Shown one piece after another: positions 24,004 to 37,395 of a DNA stretch of 64,000 nt. Numbering within the stretch: the stretch's first letter is position 1; each line of letters starts with the position of its first letter. Origin of the DNA: the human T2T-CHM13v2.0 reference genome, Homo sapiens. Where the stretch lies: the NCBI RefSeq assembly GCF_009914755.1, contig NC_060935.1. One strand, given 5' to 3'. The notes under the pieces were generated by a model that had not been told where the DNA came from, did no database searches, and saw nothing but the letters and a program-made list of their open reading frames with translations. Both the position numbers and the translations under genes were made by a program.

Positions 24004-25805
24004 AACCATAATTTCATATTCAGCCAAACTAAGCTCCATAAGCAAAGGAGAAATAAAATAATTCCCTGACAGGCAAATGCTGAGGGATTTTGTCACCACT
24101 AGGCCTGCTTTACAAGAGCTCCTGAAGGAAGCACTAAATATGGAAACAAAAAACCGGTACCAGCCACTGCAAAAACACACCAAAATATAAAGACCTATGA
24201 CACTATGAAGAAACTGAATCAACTAATGTGCAAAATAACCAGCTAGCATCATAAGGACAGGATCAAATTCACACATAACAATATTAACTTTAAATGTGAA
24301 TGGGCTAAATGCCCCAATTAAAAGACACAGACTGGCAAATTGAATAAAGTGTCAAGACCCATAGGTGTGCTGTATTCAGGAGACCCATCTCATATGCAAA
24401 GACACACATAGGCTCAAAATAAAGGGATAAAGGAAGATTTACCAATCAAATGGAAAGAAAAAAAAAAGCAGGGGTTGCAATTCTAGTCTCTGATAAAACA
24501 GACTTTCAACCAACAAAGATCAAAAAAGACAAAGAAGGGCATTACATAGTGGTAAAGGGATCAATGAAACAAGAAGGGGCTAACTATCCTAAATATATAT
24601 GCACCCAATACAGGAGCACCCAGATTCATAAAGCAAGTTCTTAGAGACCTACAAAGAGACTTAGACTCCCACACAATAATAGCAGGAGAATTTTACACCC
24701 CACTGTCAATATTAGATCAACAAGAAAGAAAATTATCAAGAATATTCAGGATTTGAACTCAGCTCTGGACCAAGTGGACCTAATAGAAACTGACAGAACT
24801 CTCCACCCCAAATCAACAGCATATACTTTCTTCTTAGTGCCACATAGCACTTATTCTAAAATCAGCCACATAATTGGAAGTAAAACACTCCTCAGCAAAT
24901 GCAAAATAATGGAAATCATAACAAGCAGTCTCTCAGACCACAGTGCAATCAAATTAGAACTCAGGATTAAGAAACTCACTCAAAACTACACAACCACAAG
25001 GAAACTAAACAACCTGCTCCTGAATGACTACTGGATAAATAATGAAATTAAGGCAGTAATAAAAAAGTTCTTTGAAACCAATGAGAACAAACAGACAATT
25101 TACCAGAATCTCTGGGACACAGTTAAGCAATGTTTAGAGGGAAATGTATAGTACTAAATGCCCACAGGAGAAAGCAGGAAAGATCTAATATCAACACCCT
25201 GACATCACAATTAAAGAACTAGAGAAGCAAGACCAATTAAAAGACACAGACTTTGTCTTTTAATTCAAGTTCAAAATCTAGGAGAAGATAAGAAATAACT
25301 AAGATCAGAACAGAACTGAAAAAGATAGAGACATGAAAAACTCTTCAGAAAATCAATGAATTCAGGAGCTGGCTTTTTGGAAAGATTAACAGAACAGATA
25401 GACCACTAGCTAGACTAATAAAGAAAAAAAGGAAGAAGAATCAAATAGATAAAATGAAAAATGATAAAGGGGATATCACCAGGGAGCCTACAGAAATGCA
25501 AACTACCACCAGAGAATACTATAAACACCTCTACGCAAATAAACTAGAAAATCTAGAAGAAATGGATAAATTCCTGAACACATATACATTCCCAAGACTA
25601 AACCAGGAAGAAGTCAAATCCCTGGGTAGACCAATAACAAGTTCTGAAATTGAGGCAGTAATTCATAGCCTACCAAAAAAAGCCCAGGACCAGACGTATT
25701 CACAGCCAAATTCTACCAGAGGTACAAAGAGGAGCTGGTACCATTCCTTCTGAAACCATTTCAAACCACTGAAAAGGAGGGACTTCTCCCTAACTCATTT
25801 CATGA

Positions 25806-25919
<114 letters not shown>

Positions 25920-26119
25920 TGAATCCAGCAGCACATGGAAGTCTTATCCACCACGATCAAGTCGGCTTCATCCCTGGGATGCAAGGCTGGCTCAACATAC
26001 GCAAATCAGTAAATGTAACCCATCACATAAACAGAACTGATGACAAAAACCACCCGATTATCTCAATAGATCCAGAAAAGGCCTTCGGTAAAATTCAACA
26101 TCCCTTCATGCTAAAAACT

Positions 26120-27079
26120 TGTGGGGAAAAGAGAGATCAGACTGTTACTGTGTCTATGTAGAAAGAAGTAGACATAAGAAACTCCATTTTGTTCTGTACT
26201 AAGAGAAATTCTTCTGCCTTGAGATGCTGTTAATCTGTAACCCTAGCCCCAACCCTGTGCTTGCAGAGACATGTCCTGTGTTGACTCAAGGTTTAATGGA
26301 TTTAGGGCTGTGCAGGATGTGCTTTGTTAAAAAAGTGCTTGAAGGCAGTATGCTTGGTAAAAGTCATCGCCACTCTCTAATCTCAAGTACCCAGGGACAC
26401 AATACACTGTGGAAGTCCGCAAGGACCTCTGCCCAGGAAAGCCAGGTATTGTCCAAGGTTTCTCCCCAAGTGATAGCCTGAGATATGGCCTCGTGGGAAG
26501 GGAAAGACCTGACCATCCCCCAGCCGACACCCATAAAGGGTCTGTGCTGAGGAGGATTAGTGAAAGAGAAAGCCCTCTTTGCAATTGAGATAAGAGGAAG
26601 GCATCTGTCTCCTGCTCGTCCCTGGGAATGGAATGTCTCAGTGTAAAAGCTGATTGTATGTTCTATTTACTGAGATAGGAGAAAACCACCTTAAGGCTGG
26701 TGGTGAGACATGCTGGTGGCAATACTGCTCTTTAATGCACCGAGATGTTTGTGTACGTGCACAGCAAAGCACAGGACCTTTCCTTAAACTTATTTATGAC
26801 ACAGTGACCTTTGCTCACATGTTTTCCTGCTGACCCTCTCCCCACTATTACCCTATTGTCTTGCCACATCCCCCTCACCGAGGTAGTAGAGATAGTGATC
26901 AATAAATACTGAGGGAACTCAGAGATCAGTGCCGGCACGGGTCCTCCGTATGCTGAGTGCCTGTCCCCTGGGCCCACTGTTCTTTCTCTATACTTTGTCT
27001 CTGTGTCTTATTTCTTTTCTCAGTCCCTCGTCCCACCTGAGAGAAACTCCCACAGGTGTGAAGGGGCTGGCCCCCTTCA
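26120..27079 (+). mobile_element. HERV-K(HML-2) solo LTR, LTR5A/5B type, nested in L1 ORF2
   Basis: TGTGGGGAAAAGAGAGATCAGACTG...CCCCTTCA, 960 bp, AATAAA at 26901-26906. 5-bp TSD aaact (26115-26119 / 27080-27084). Confidence 0.92.
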
Positions 27080-28414
27080 AAACTCTCAATAAACTAGATA
27101 TTGATGGAACGTATCTCAAAATAATAAGAGCTATTCATGACAAACCCATAGCCAATATCATACTGAATGGGTGAAAGCTGGAAGCACTCCCTTTGAACAG
27201 TGGCACAAGACAAGGATGTCCTCTTCTGCCACTGCTATTCATCACAGTATTGAAAGTTCTGGCCAGGGAAATCAGCCAATACAAAACAATTAAGAGTATT
27301 CAAATAGGAAGAGAGGAAGTCAAATTGTCTCTATTTGCAGATGACAATATTGTATATTTAGAAAATCCCATCCTCTCAGTCTCAAAATTCCTTAAGCTGA
27401 TAAGCAACTTCAGCAAAGTCTCAGCATAGAAAATCAATGTGCAATAATCACCAGCATTCCTATGCATCAATAATAGTTAAGCAGAGAGACGAATCATGAT
27501 GAACTACTGTTCACAATTTCTACAAAGAGAATAAAATTCCTAGGAATACAACATCAAGGAAATAAAAAACGACACAAACAAAAGAAAAAAGTTTCATGCT
27601 CATGGATAGGAAGAATCAATATCGTGAAAATGGCCATACTGCCCAAAGTAATTTATAGACTCAATGCTATTCCCATAAAGCTACCATTGACTTTCTTCAC
27701 AGAATTTAAAAAAAAAAAACTACTTTAAATTTCATGTAGAACCCAAAAAGAGCCCATATAGCCAAGGCAATCCTAAGCAAAGAGGACAAAGCTTGAGGGA
27801 TCACCCTGCCTGACTTCAAACTATACTACGAGGCTACAGTAACCAAAACAGCATGGTAGTGGTAACAAAAGTGATATGTAGACCAATGAAACAGAACAGA
27901 GTCCTCAGAAATAACAGCACCAGGTATAGACCAATGAAACAGAACAGAGTCCTCAGAAATAACACCACACAGGTACAATCATCTGATCTTTGAGAAACCT
28001 GACAAAAACAAGCAATGGGGAAAGAATTCCCTATTTAGTGAATGGTGCTGGGAAACTGGCTAGCCAAATGCAGAAAACAGAAACTGGACCCCTTCCTCAC
28101 ACCTTATACAAAAATTAACTCGAGAATGATTAAAGACTTAAACGTAAAACTGAAAACGATAAAAACCCTGGAAGAAAACCTAGGCAATACCATTTAGGAC
28201 ATAGGCATGGGCAATGACTTCATGACTGGAACAGCAAAAGCAATGGCAACAAAAGCCAAAATTGACAAATGAGATCTAATTAAACTAAAGAGCTTCTGCA
28301 CAGCAAAGGAAACTATCATCAGATTGAACAGATGTCCTACGGGATAGCAGAAAATTTTTGCGATCTCATCTAACAAAGGTCTAATATCCAGAATCTACAA
28401 GGAAGTTAAACAAA

Positions 28415-28829
<415 letters not shown>

Positions 28830-31800
28830 TGAAAAAAAGCTCATCATCACTGATCATTAGAAATACATATAAAAACAATGAGACACCATCTCACACCAGC
28901 CACAGTGAAGATTATTAAAAAGTCAGGGACCAACAGATGCTGGTGAGACTGTGGAGAAATGGGAACGCTTTTACACTGTTGGTGGGAGTGTAAATTAGTT
29001 CAACCATTGTGGAAGACAGTGTGGAGATTTCTCAAGGATCTAGAACCGGAAATATCATTTGACCCAGCAATCCCATTACTGGGTATATACCCAAAGGATT
29101 ATAAATCATTCTACTATAAAGACACATGCACACACATGTTTATTGCAGCAGTATTTACAATAGCAAAGACTTGGAACCAACCCAAATGCCCATCAATGAT
29201 AGACTGGATAAAGAAAATGTGACACATATACACTATGGAATACTATGCAGCCATAAAAGAGAACGAGTTCAGTCCTTTGGAGGGACATGGATGAAGCTGG
29301 AAGCCATCATTCTCAGCAAACTAACACAGGAATAGAAAACCAAACACTGCATGTTCTCACTCATAAGTGGGAGTTGAACAATGAGAAAACATGCAACAGG
29401 GAGAGGAACATCACACATGAGGGCCTGTCGGGGGTGGGGGGCAAGGGGAAAGAGAGCATTATGACAAATACCTAATGCATGTGAGGCTTAAAACATAGAT
29501 GATGAGTTGATAGGTGCAGAAAATCACCATGGCACATGTATACCTATGTAAGAAACCTGTACGTTCTGCACATGTATCCCAAAACTTAAAGTAAAAATTA
29601 AAAAAATGTACACATATGTTTATAGCTGCTTTATTTTTAAATGTTACATTAGAAAAAACAGCAATATCCTTCCACTTACCAATAATGAAACAAAGCATAG
29701 TACATCCATACAATGGAACACTACTCAGTAGTATAAAAAATTAGCAATAAGTTATTGATACTTGCAAAAACTTGCATGGATCTTGAGGACATTATGCTGA
29801 ATGAAAAAAGCCAAAGTCAAATGATTAGATACTGTATGATTCTATTTATGTAACACTTTTGAAATGACAAAATTATAGAGATGAAGAATAGAACAGTGAT
29901 TAGAGGGGTTTGGGAAGAAGAATAGTGTGGGTGTGGCAGTAGGGGGAACCCAGGGGAAATCTTCTGTGGTGAAGAAACACTTCTATATTCAATGTCGTTC
30001 TGGTTATATGATCTACACATGTGACAAAATGTTATGGAATGAAACATAGAGAAATATCTCACTCCAAAAATGAGTGCATGCAAACACTGGTAAAATTTGG
30101 TAAGATCGTACTGTAGATATTTGGTGAAATCTCATAAGATTTGTAGTGTAGATAATTGGATGGTACCAATGTCATTTTCCTGGTTTTGATAATACATTCA
30201 ATTAAAAAGTATTACTGTGGGTTGGTTGATGGGCATACAGGAACTCTCTGTACTATTTTAGTAACTTCTTAATAGTCTACAATTAATTCTGAATGAAAAC
30301 TTAAAAACAACTGAGAGACTGGTTTGTTGTGTGGACTCACTCCAAGAATATTGAAGTCACCAAGAATGAGGACATGGGGTATGCTGGAAGGGAGTTTGTT
30401 AACCGAGTACATAGGTAGAAGGTAATATAATTTGCATTCACCAACCCAACACGAAATTAAGCACATATTAAATTTTTATCATATTTGTTTCCAATAACTC
30501 TTAAAATGAGTACATACACTTTTACAGACACAAGGCTGAATCACGCATCTCTACTCTCACCAATAATTGTACATATCTTTGATAAGAAGGCAAGGGTGCC
30601 TGCACACCTGGAATGGGAATGACAACTTTCTTCAACTTCAGAAAGTCTGAGGTTGATATGTGTTATTCTCTCACATGTTTACCAGGATTTAAAAATGTCA
30701 AGTCACTATAGAAATTACGTTACAAAGAGGTTCTAGACAACACAGAATTTGAATAGGAATTTTGGGACATCCATATCAAGGCTATGCAGAGTTTAGATTT
30801 AAATTTTGATGTGACTATTACAATGGTGAATTTAATTCAAAGATTAACTATCTCCCCTACTCCCAATGTGGGCCTTTTGCAGGTAAAAATGCTGCTCCAG
30901 AGAAGGGGCTGCATTCCATTGCTTCTCTCTTCTCCCCTAACCCCCACACTTTTTTTTGTATTTTTATCCATGCCTTCTGACCCTGGAGGGCTGGACATAT
31001 CCCTGTGAGGAGGGTGAGGAGAGAAGGGAATTGACTTTGTGGCTTGTCCTGTTGGCCTGACCTGCCTGGCCCTCTCTGGACTTTATATTATTATAGAGCT
31101 CACTCCTATGAATATCACAAAACTAACAGCAAGCCCTATCACTTCAAGGCCACAGAAGATGATGCTCATTATTCAGAGCACTCCAGCCTTATGATTCTAT
31201 ATAAGAGGAATATTGCCACCATGACCAAAATACATGGAGTGGGAGACACAAGGAATAAAACTCATGTATGAATTCTTCACCATTCCCTAAAAAACTCTCT
31301 GCTATTATTAACAGTGCCACTGTAAATTATTTCTTTCCCGATTTCTATCTGTCCAAATTTACAGCAAATTTTACAGCAAATTTACAGCAAATTTACAGAC
31401 TGGCAAAATTTACAGCAGGTGCAATTATAATAATAATAATAATGCTGGGTCAATTATAGTCATCAGTTAAAATTCTACCTATTACACAAAGCCTTCCATG
31501 ATCCACTCACTTCTACGTAGACACTTAGAAATGAGATCCACTGTGTCTTTTCTCTCCTTCCTTGTGTTTGCATCCTGCAAGGTTTCAGAACAATTGGACC
31601 AATATGATGGGCATGAGCATTGAGATTTCTTCTTCTATACTCTGCTGTCACTGCTAGAAACAGCAAACCAGTTCCGCCTATATCTATAGCCAGCATTGAT
31701 ACATTGACAATAGTGGTGCCCAAATGATACCACACCATCATATAGAACAAGCATCATAGCAGTCTCTGGATTCTAGAGCGCTGCCACATAGGTGAGAAGA

Positions 31801-32270
31801 ATATATGCTTACTGTGATTATTGTCACGGTGTAGTGATGTGAATTTCTCAGGTGGCCTGTGGCCTGGATCACAACACTAGTTATCTTCAGCCTATGGTTA
31901 TGGTAAAGTCATGCTTTACCCACATATTCTGAAAAGAGATACCTGAGCACAAATGCACAAATGGCACAGTTTCAGACTGGGGCAATCCCATAACCTCACT
32001 ATCTGCTTGGCTTGCCTGGAATGAGCACGTGACTCATGTTGGCCATGCAGTCAGCTTGAGAATCCCAAATCCCTGAAACCAAGTCCAGTGTTCTTCCCAT
32101 TCTAGCACTTACACATTCTGCTTCCCTACCTATCCTGGGATTTCTAGGTGCTGAATTGGGTTTGCCTGAAGGCAAGGGCTTCTTCTGCTGGAACCTAGGG
32201 TAATAAGCACCTGCAGGGTCTCTTGAAAATACTTTCAGGAACTTTGCATTGGTGTGCTGTTGTACTATAG

Positions 32271-32670
<400 letters not shown>

Positions 32671-35600
32671 GTGAATATTCTCTAATTTATTAAAATCATG
32701 TTGTCCTGCTTCAGCTGGGTGCTTGGGTGTGGCATTCCTCTTCAGGATGGCAGCAAGATAACTTGGAATTTTTAGATACCCTCTCCTCTGAACACCCTTG
32801 AGCCACAAACACAATCCTTGGATAGCATGTGTCACACTGGGAGGCAGTCTTTCCTGTACTAGTGTCCTTCCTTCACAGGCTGTGCGCTCTGGGAATGTGG
32901 GTATGTTTACTTTGACTCCCAAGTGTCTGGCATGCAAGCTAGAGAATGGAAGATGCTCAGTATATATTTATACAACAAACAGTAGAAAAAGTGATAGATA
33001 TTGCTATGAAAAGCCCACTTAATGATATATTCAGGAGTGTAAGTAGATAGATTAATTGAAAATGTCTGTTAATCAGCATTTAAACAAAAGGATACATTTG
33101 TAACATGAATATTTCAATTTTACCTAGAATTCATTCACTGTAATAGAACTAGACTGTAGAACAATCCTTTTGTAGGGTTCAGCAAATAGAATTCTGCTCT
33201 GTCTGGCTGAAAGCGTATCTATCAATCACTGTCTATAATTTGCAGTTTGAATTAGTTTAAGTGTAGATCTTAGCATCAGATGCATAGCATTCTGTCTTAG
33301 GAAATTGTTCAATATTGCTCATTTTTGTTTAATCTTGTAGAGTTGGAAGACTCACACCTACTAAACTAACAATAATTTTGGAACCTGCTTTTATTTTCCA
33401 TTTGATCATTCATGTTAGTTTTTATGGAAATTGCAATTCTTCTTTCATACTATTTTTTCATTGATCTGTGCTGTATTTTGATAAATTAGGAAATTATATT
33501 CACTAGCCTAATTGGCAAAAGCAGGGCAAGAAACAGATTCAATTGGTTCTTGTGAGGCTGATGACTCAGTGCCCTTGTGCCCAGTGTACTAGAGCGTCAG
33601 TGAATGGCCATGAAGACTCAGCATTTGCTTGGCATCAGTCACTGTATTTGCTTCATGAAGTGGAAAGGATTAATTATACAGATAGAATGTATTAGTGAGA
33701 GACTTATTTGAAAGATGTTTTCTTTTATGTAGAATTAGCACAGCGCTTGATTAATTACGATTCAATGTTTGTTGAATTCATGCCTAAAATATAGTCATGA
33801 ATGGCAGCTCCCAAAAAGTGCCAAGAGAGACTTTCATGTATTTTCTCACTTTCTGGAGAAAACTCCTGGATGTACTGCATGCTCCTCCTCCATATGAAAC
33901 CAAGAGGAAATGATATCATTGGCCTGGTAAAGAAGGCAGCTCATAAGCCGACTCCCGCATCCCCTCCATTCTTCTTCCCAGAGGCAGTGAGCAAACCTCC
34001 AATGAAAGGAAACAGCTGTTCTCAGAATGACCAACTGCAGAGGACACTGTTAAGTGGAAGGTGCCTATAAGAGTTCCAGTGAGACCTGGTGACTGAGCCA
34101 GCCTTTGCAAGATGCTGGATGACCCTGTGATTATCAGGTGGGAGCTGCTTGAGAAAAATACCGAGTATTTTCTAAATTTCACACCTAGGCTGTTGCACTA
34201 GAAATTCAAAGACATGAATCCCTGCTCTTAAAGACCTCAGAGTGTGGTAGGAGAGAAAGATGTGTGGACAAATAATTCAAGTACACTGTTATAAGTGTTG
34301 TAGTAGAGCAACGTGTGAGGCCAAGTGAATTCAGAACGGGCTTCAGGGACAGTATCTAAGCTTTCATGAAGCTAAAGTTTTCTTCTGTCAAAGAAAAAGA
34401 ATGTCACTAACATCAAAATAAGCAGTTTTTCATGTGAGGAACAAAATTATTTGAGTCAATTGCTAGGTGAAAATTCTCTACAGAATTCCTCATGATAGAC
34501 AACATCTTTAGCCAAAACTGTACAATTGATATCACAGAATTCCAGAGTGGACTCTCCCAATAACCCTCAGTCTGAAAAGCTCCTTGCTTGGAGAATTGGC
34601 TGCAAACATTGCCTTCCTGCTTCCTCCGACCTTTAGGAAACCCTCCCCTACAGCCACATTCTAATACAGCATTTGAAAATTGAGAGTGGATAGATAGGAT
34701 TCAGCATCAGCAGAGTGCTGGGCCTGGAAGAGGAATGGATCTGGACTGAGGGGACCTGAGTTCAACATTGTGAACAGTGTGATAGGAGCCACCAATAAAT
34801 TTGTTTGGACAAATTGAAAACTATATACCTCTTTATTGCTTTCATAGCTCCTTTGTAATGTCTCTCCTGCATTCAAATGGCATGTGTCAGCTCCCCTCAG
34901 TGAGGGTCAATCTGAGGGGCAGCCTCACTGTTGGTGAGAAGCACAGAGCCAGCTGTGATGTCACATCTTCTCTTGATGTCTCTTCTGTCTGCTTGAGTTA
35001 TCTGGGGAAGAAATTACCACTGGTAGAAAATAGTTCTGAGTTTTGTACTGATTCCATTTCTAAAATTACGTTTTTAATTGTGGTAAAATTTACATAACAT
35101 ACATTTTACAACTATAACCATTTAAAGTGTACAATTCAGTGTCAGTAAGTACATTCAAAATAAATTGTAACTGTTACGACTGTGCCCTTTAAGAACTTTT
35201 AATTATTCCACACAGAAATTCTGTGCTCTTTAAATAATGGCTACTCATTCTCTCCATTATCCAGCACCAGGCTCCTCCTAATTTATTTTCTGTATTCATG
35301 AATTTCCTAGTTTCAATACTTCATAAAATTTGAACTTACAATATTGTTCTTTGGTGTCTGGCTTATAATGCTGAGCATGATGTTTCCAGGTTCATCTATG
35401 TCACAGCATGTATTAGAATTTTGTACGAACTGGAAGTTATTATCCAGATACTATAATTGACATGAGCAAGGAAAGGTCAGATGTTTTCAGTGTTGCTTCT
35501 CATGTTAACAGCCATAAAACTAACTGAAAGTTAAGCCAGAACAATTTATACAAACCCTGGAAGTATGGAGAATTCTCCTGTAACTGAAACAATGTGTAAG

Positions 35601-36429
35601 CAAATACATGATTTTTGAGATAATTTCCACTTTGAAACCAATACTGAGGCTTCCAATGGCCAAATTGAACTGATGGAGCATATTTATGAGCTCCTCACTG
35701 GTTCATTAGTCCAGGAAGAGCTAAATAAGAACTTACCGGTTCTTAAGGGGAAGGGGCCATGGTTATCTTTGCTAGAAACCAAGGCCAACATGTCACCATT
35801 CTGTAGACAAATGACAGCGGAGGACTTTCCATAAAACCAATTCCCTAGACTGTTTTTATGAAGAGACATTGTATCTAATGTATACATAATGTATAAAATA
35901 ATGTATCGAAGTACGTTATTTTGCTCTATATATGAGAATTCAATGGAACTTAGAGACAGCAGAACTCACTTATTCAGAATCTAGTTACCAGCTGCAGTAA
36001 TGCCTCCAGTCATAAAAGGGAACATGATTTTTAGGGGAACATAATCTGAGAGATTAAAAAGGAATCTTCCTTTTTGATACAATCAGGTTCAAACAAGCAT
36101 AAAGAAGAGTTTTAAGGTTTCGGACAGAAACTCCATGCATTACAATGAAAATTACAGAAAAAGTGTTCTGTAGGAAAGATTCAGTGTAAGACAACAGAGA
36201 AAATGTGTTGGTAATATCAGGAGAATCTAAATATTGTACTGTCAGACTAATGCTTTCCACAGGTGAAAACCGCAATTGTCAGGTTAGATAAACATCTATT
36301 CGAAGACCTTGAGGAACCACTGAGACATTTCTGAGGCGGAAGGCTAAGAAAAATGCATATAATTGTCAAGGGTGGCAGGGCAGTGTTGCTCTCAAAGTCC
36401 CATCTGACTGACAGGGTAGAGGCTCTTCC

Positions 36430-37395
36430 TCACTGCCTGAATCTGCTTCCCGACAGCTCCAGGGTTTCCTGAGGAAGCCACCATCCACCTTCATCCACCT
36501 CAGGCGTGTCCTGCAGATCCCTCTGGAGAACCAGCTTCAGGTTCTGCCAATTTTGATGCTGCCTAACGAAACCCATGAAGAAGTAAATGATGGGGTTGGC
36601 ACTGCTGTTAAGAGACGACAGGAAAATGGAAGGCAGATGAACATGAGAATATAAGACTTCCCAGTCCATGTGGATCCTGGAAAACAGGGCCCACTGAATG
36701 CCAATGGGCAGGCCGCAGAGGAGGAAGACCAGCACTGTGAGCAGATGGTCATGTACAGCCTGGTCAGTGGCATCTTCTGGGATCCACAGAGGATCCTGAC
36801 CACTAGGACCAGGCTGGACACACAGAGAACCACAAATAAAAAAATCAGCCACGTAACTGTGATGAATCTGATGTTTGACACCAAACAGAATCAGCATCAC
36901 TAAACAGGGAGTCACAGAACATCCACTCCAGGATGCTCTACAGCAGGGACAGGGCCCAGAGCAGGACACACACGACCGTTGACAGGTGTGTGGGGTGGCG
37001 GCAGCGTTACCAGATGGGCCACAGGATTGACAGGCAGCGCTTGGTGCTCATGGCACTCAGAATATTCAGGCCTGCCAAGTAGGGAAAGGTCATCACAGGC
37101 TAGAGGATTAGAGAGATGGGATGGACGTTATTGATGAGGTGTAACAGGGATGTATAATGTGGCTGCTGAGGAGGAGGAAGTTGGCCGCGACCAGGTTGAG
37201 GATGTAGATGGAGACAGCGTTCCTGCACATGCGGAAGCCCAGGAGCCAGAGCACAACCGCGTTTCCTGTCAGCGCGACAAGGGAAACGATGCACGTCAGC
37301 ACCGTGAAGCTCAGGGTCTGATTGTAGCAAGGAGTCTCCTCAGTTCCGTTGATTGGTGTCAGTTCTGTACCCAAGACTGGGATGGTTGGATCCAT
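36430..37395 (-). pseudogene. Unprocessed MRGPRX pseudogene, MRGPRX3-like (possibly the annotated MRGPRX5P; symbol not verified)
   Basis: Collinear with the MRGPRX1 CDS; 966 bp = 969 - 3. Three 1-bp deletions (~37150, ~36865, ~36744) and three in-frame stops (TAG 37100-37102, TAA 37007-37009, TAG 36938-36940). Flanks are paralogous to the MRGPRX1 flanks. Confidence 0.95.

Noticed and set aside
23542-24069. 175-aa ORF crossing the L1/L1 junction
   Set aside because: It starts at GTG, is an antisense reading of a GC-rich L1 5'UTR, lacks the ORF0 motifs and has no other coding support.
36744-37150. Three 1-bp deletions restoring the frame as compensatory evolution
   Set aside because: The shifted frame stops at 37108-37110 and three further nonsense codons are present, so the net -3 is coincidental.
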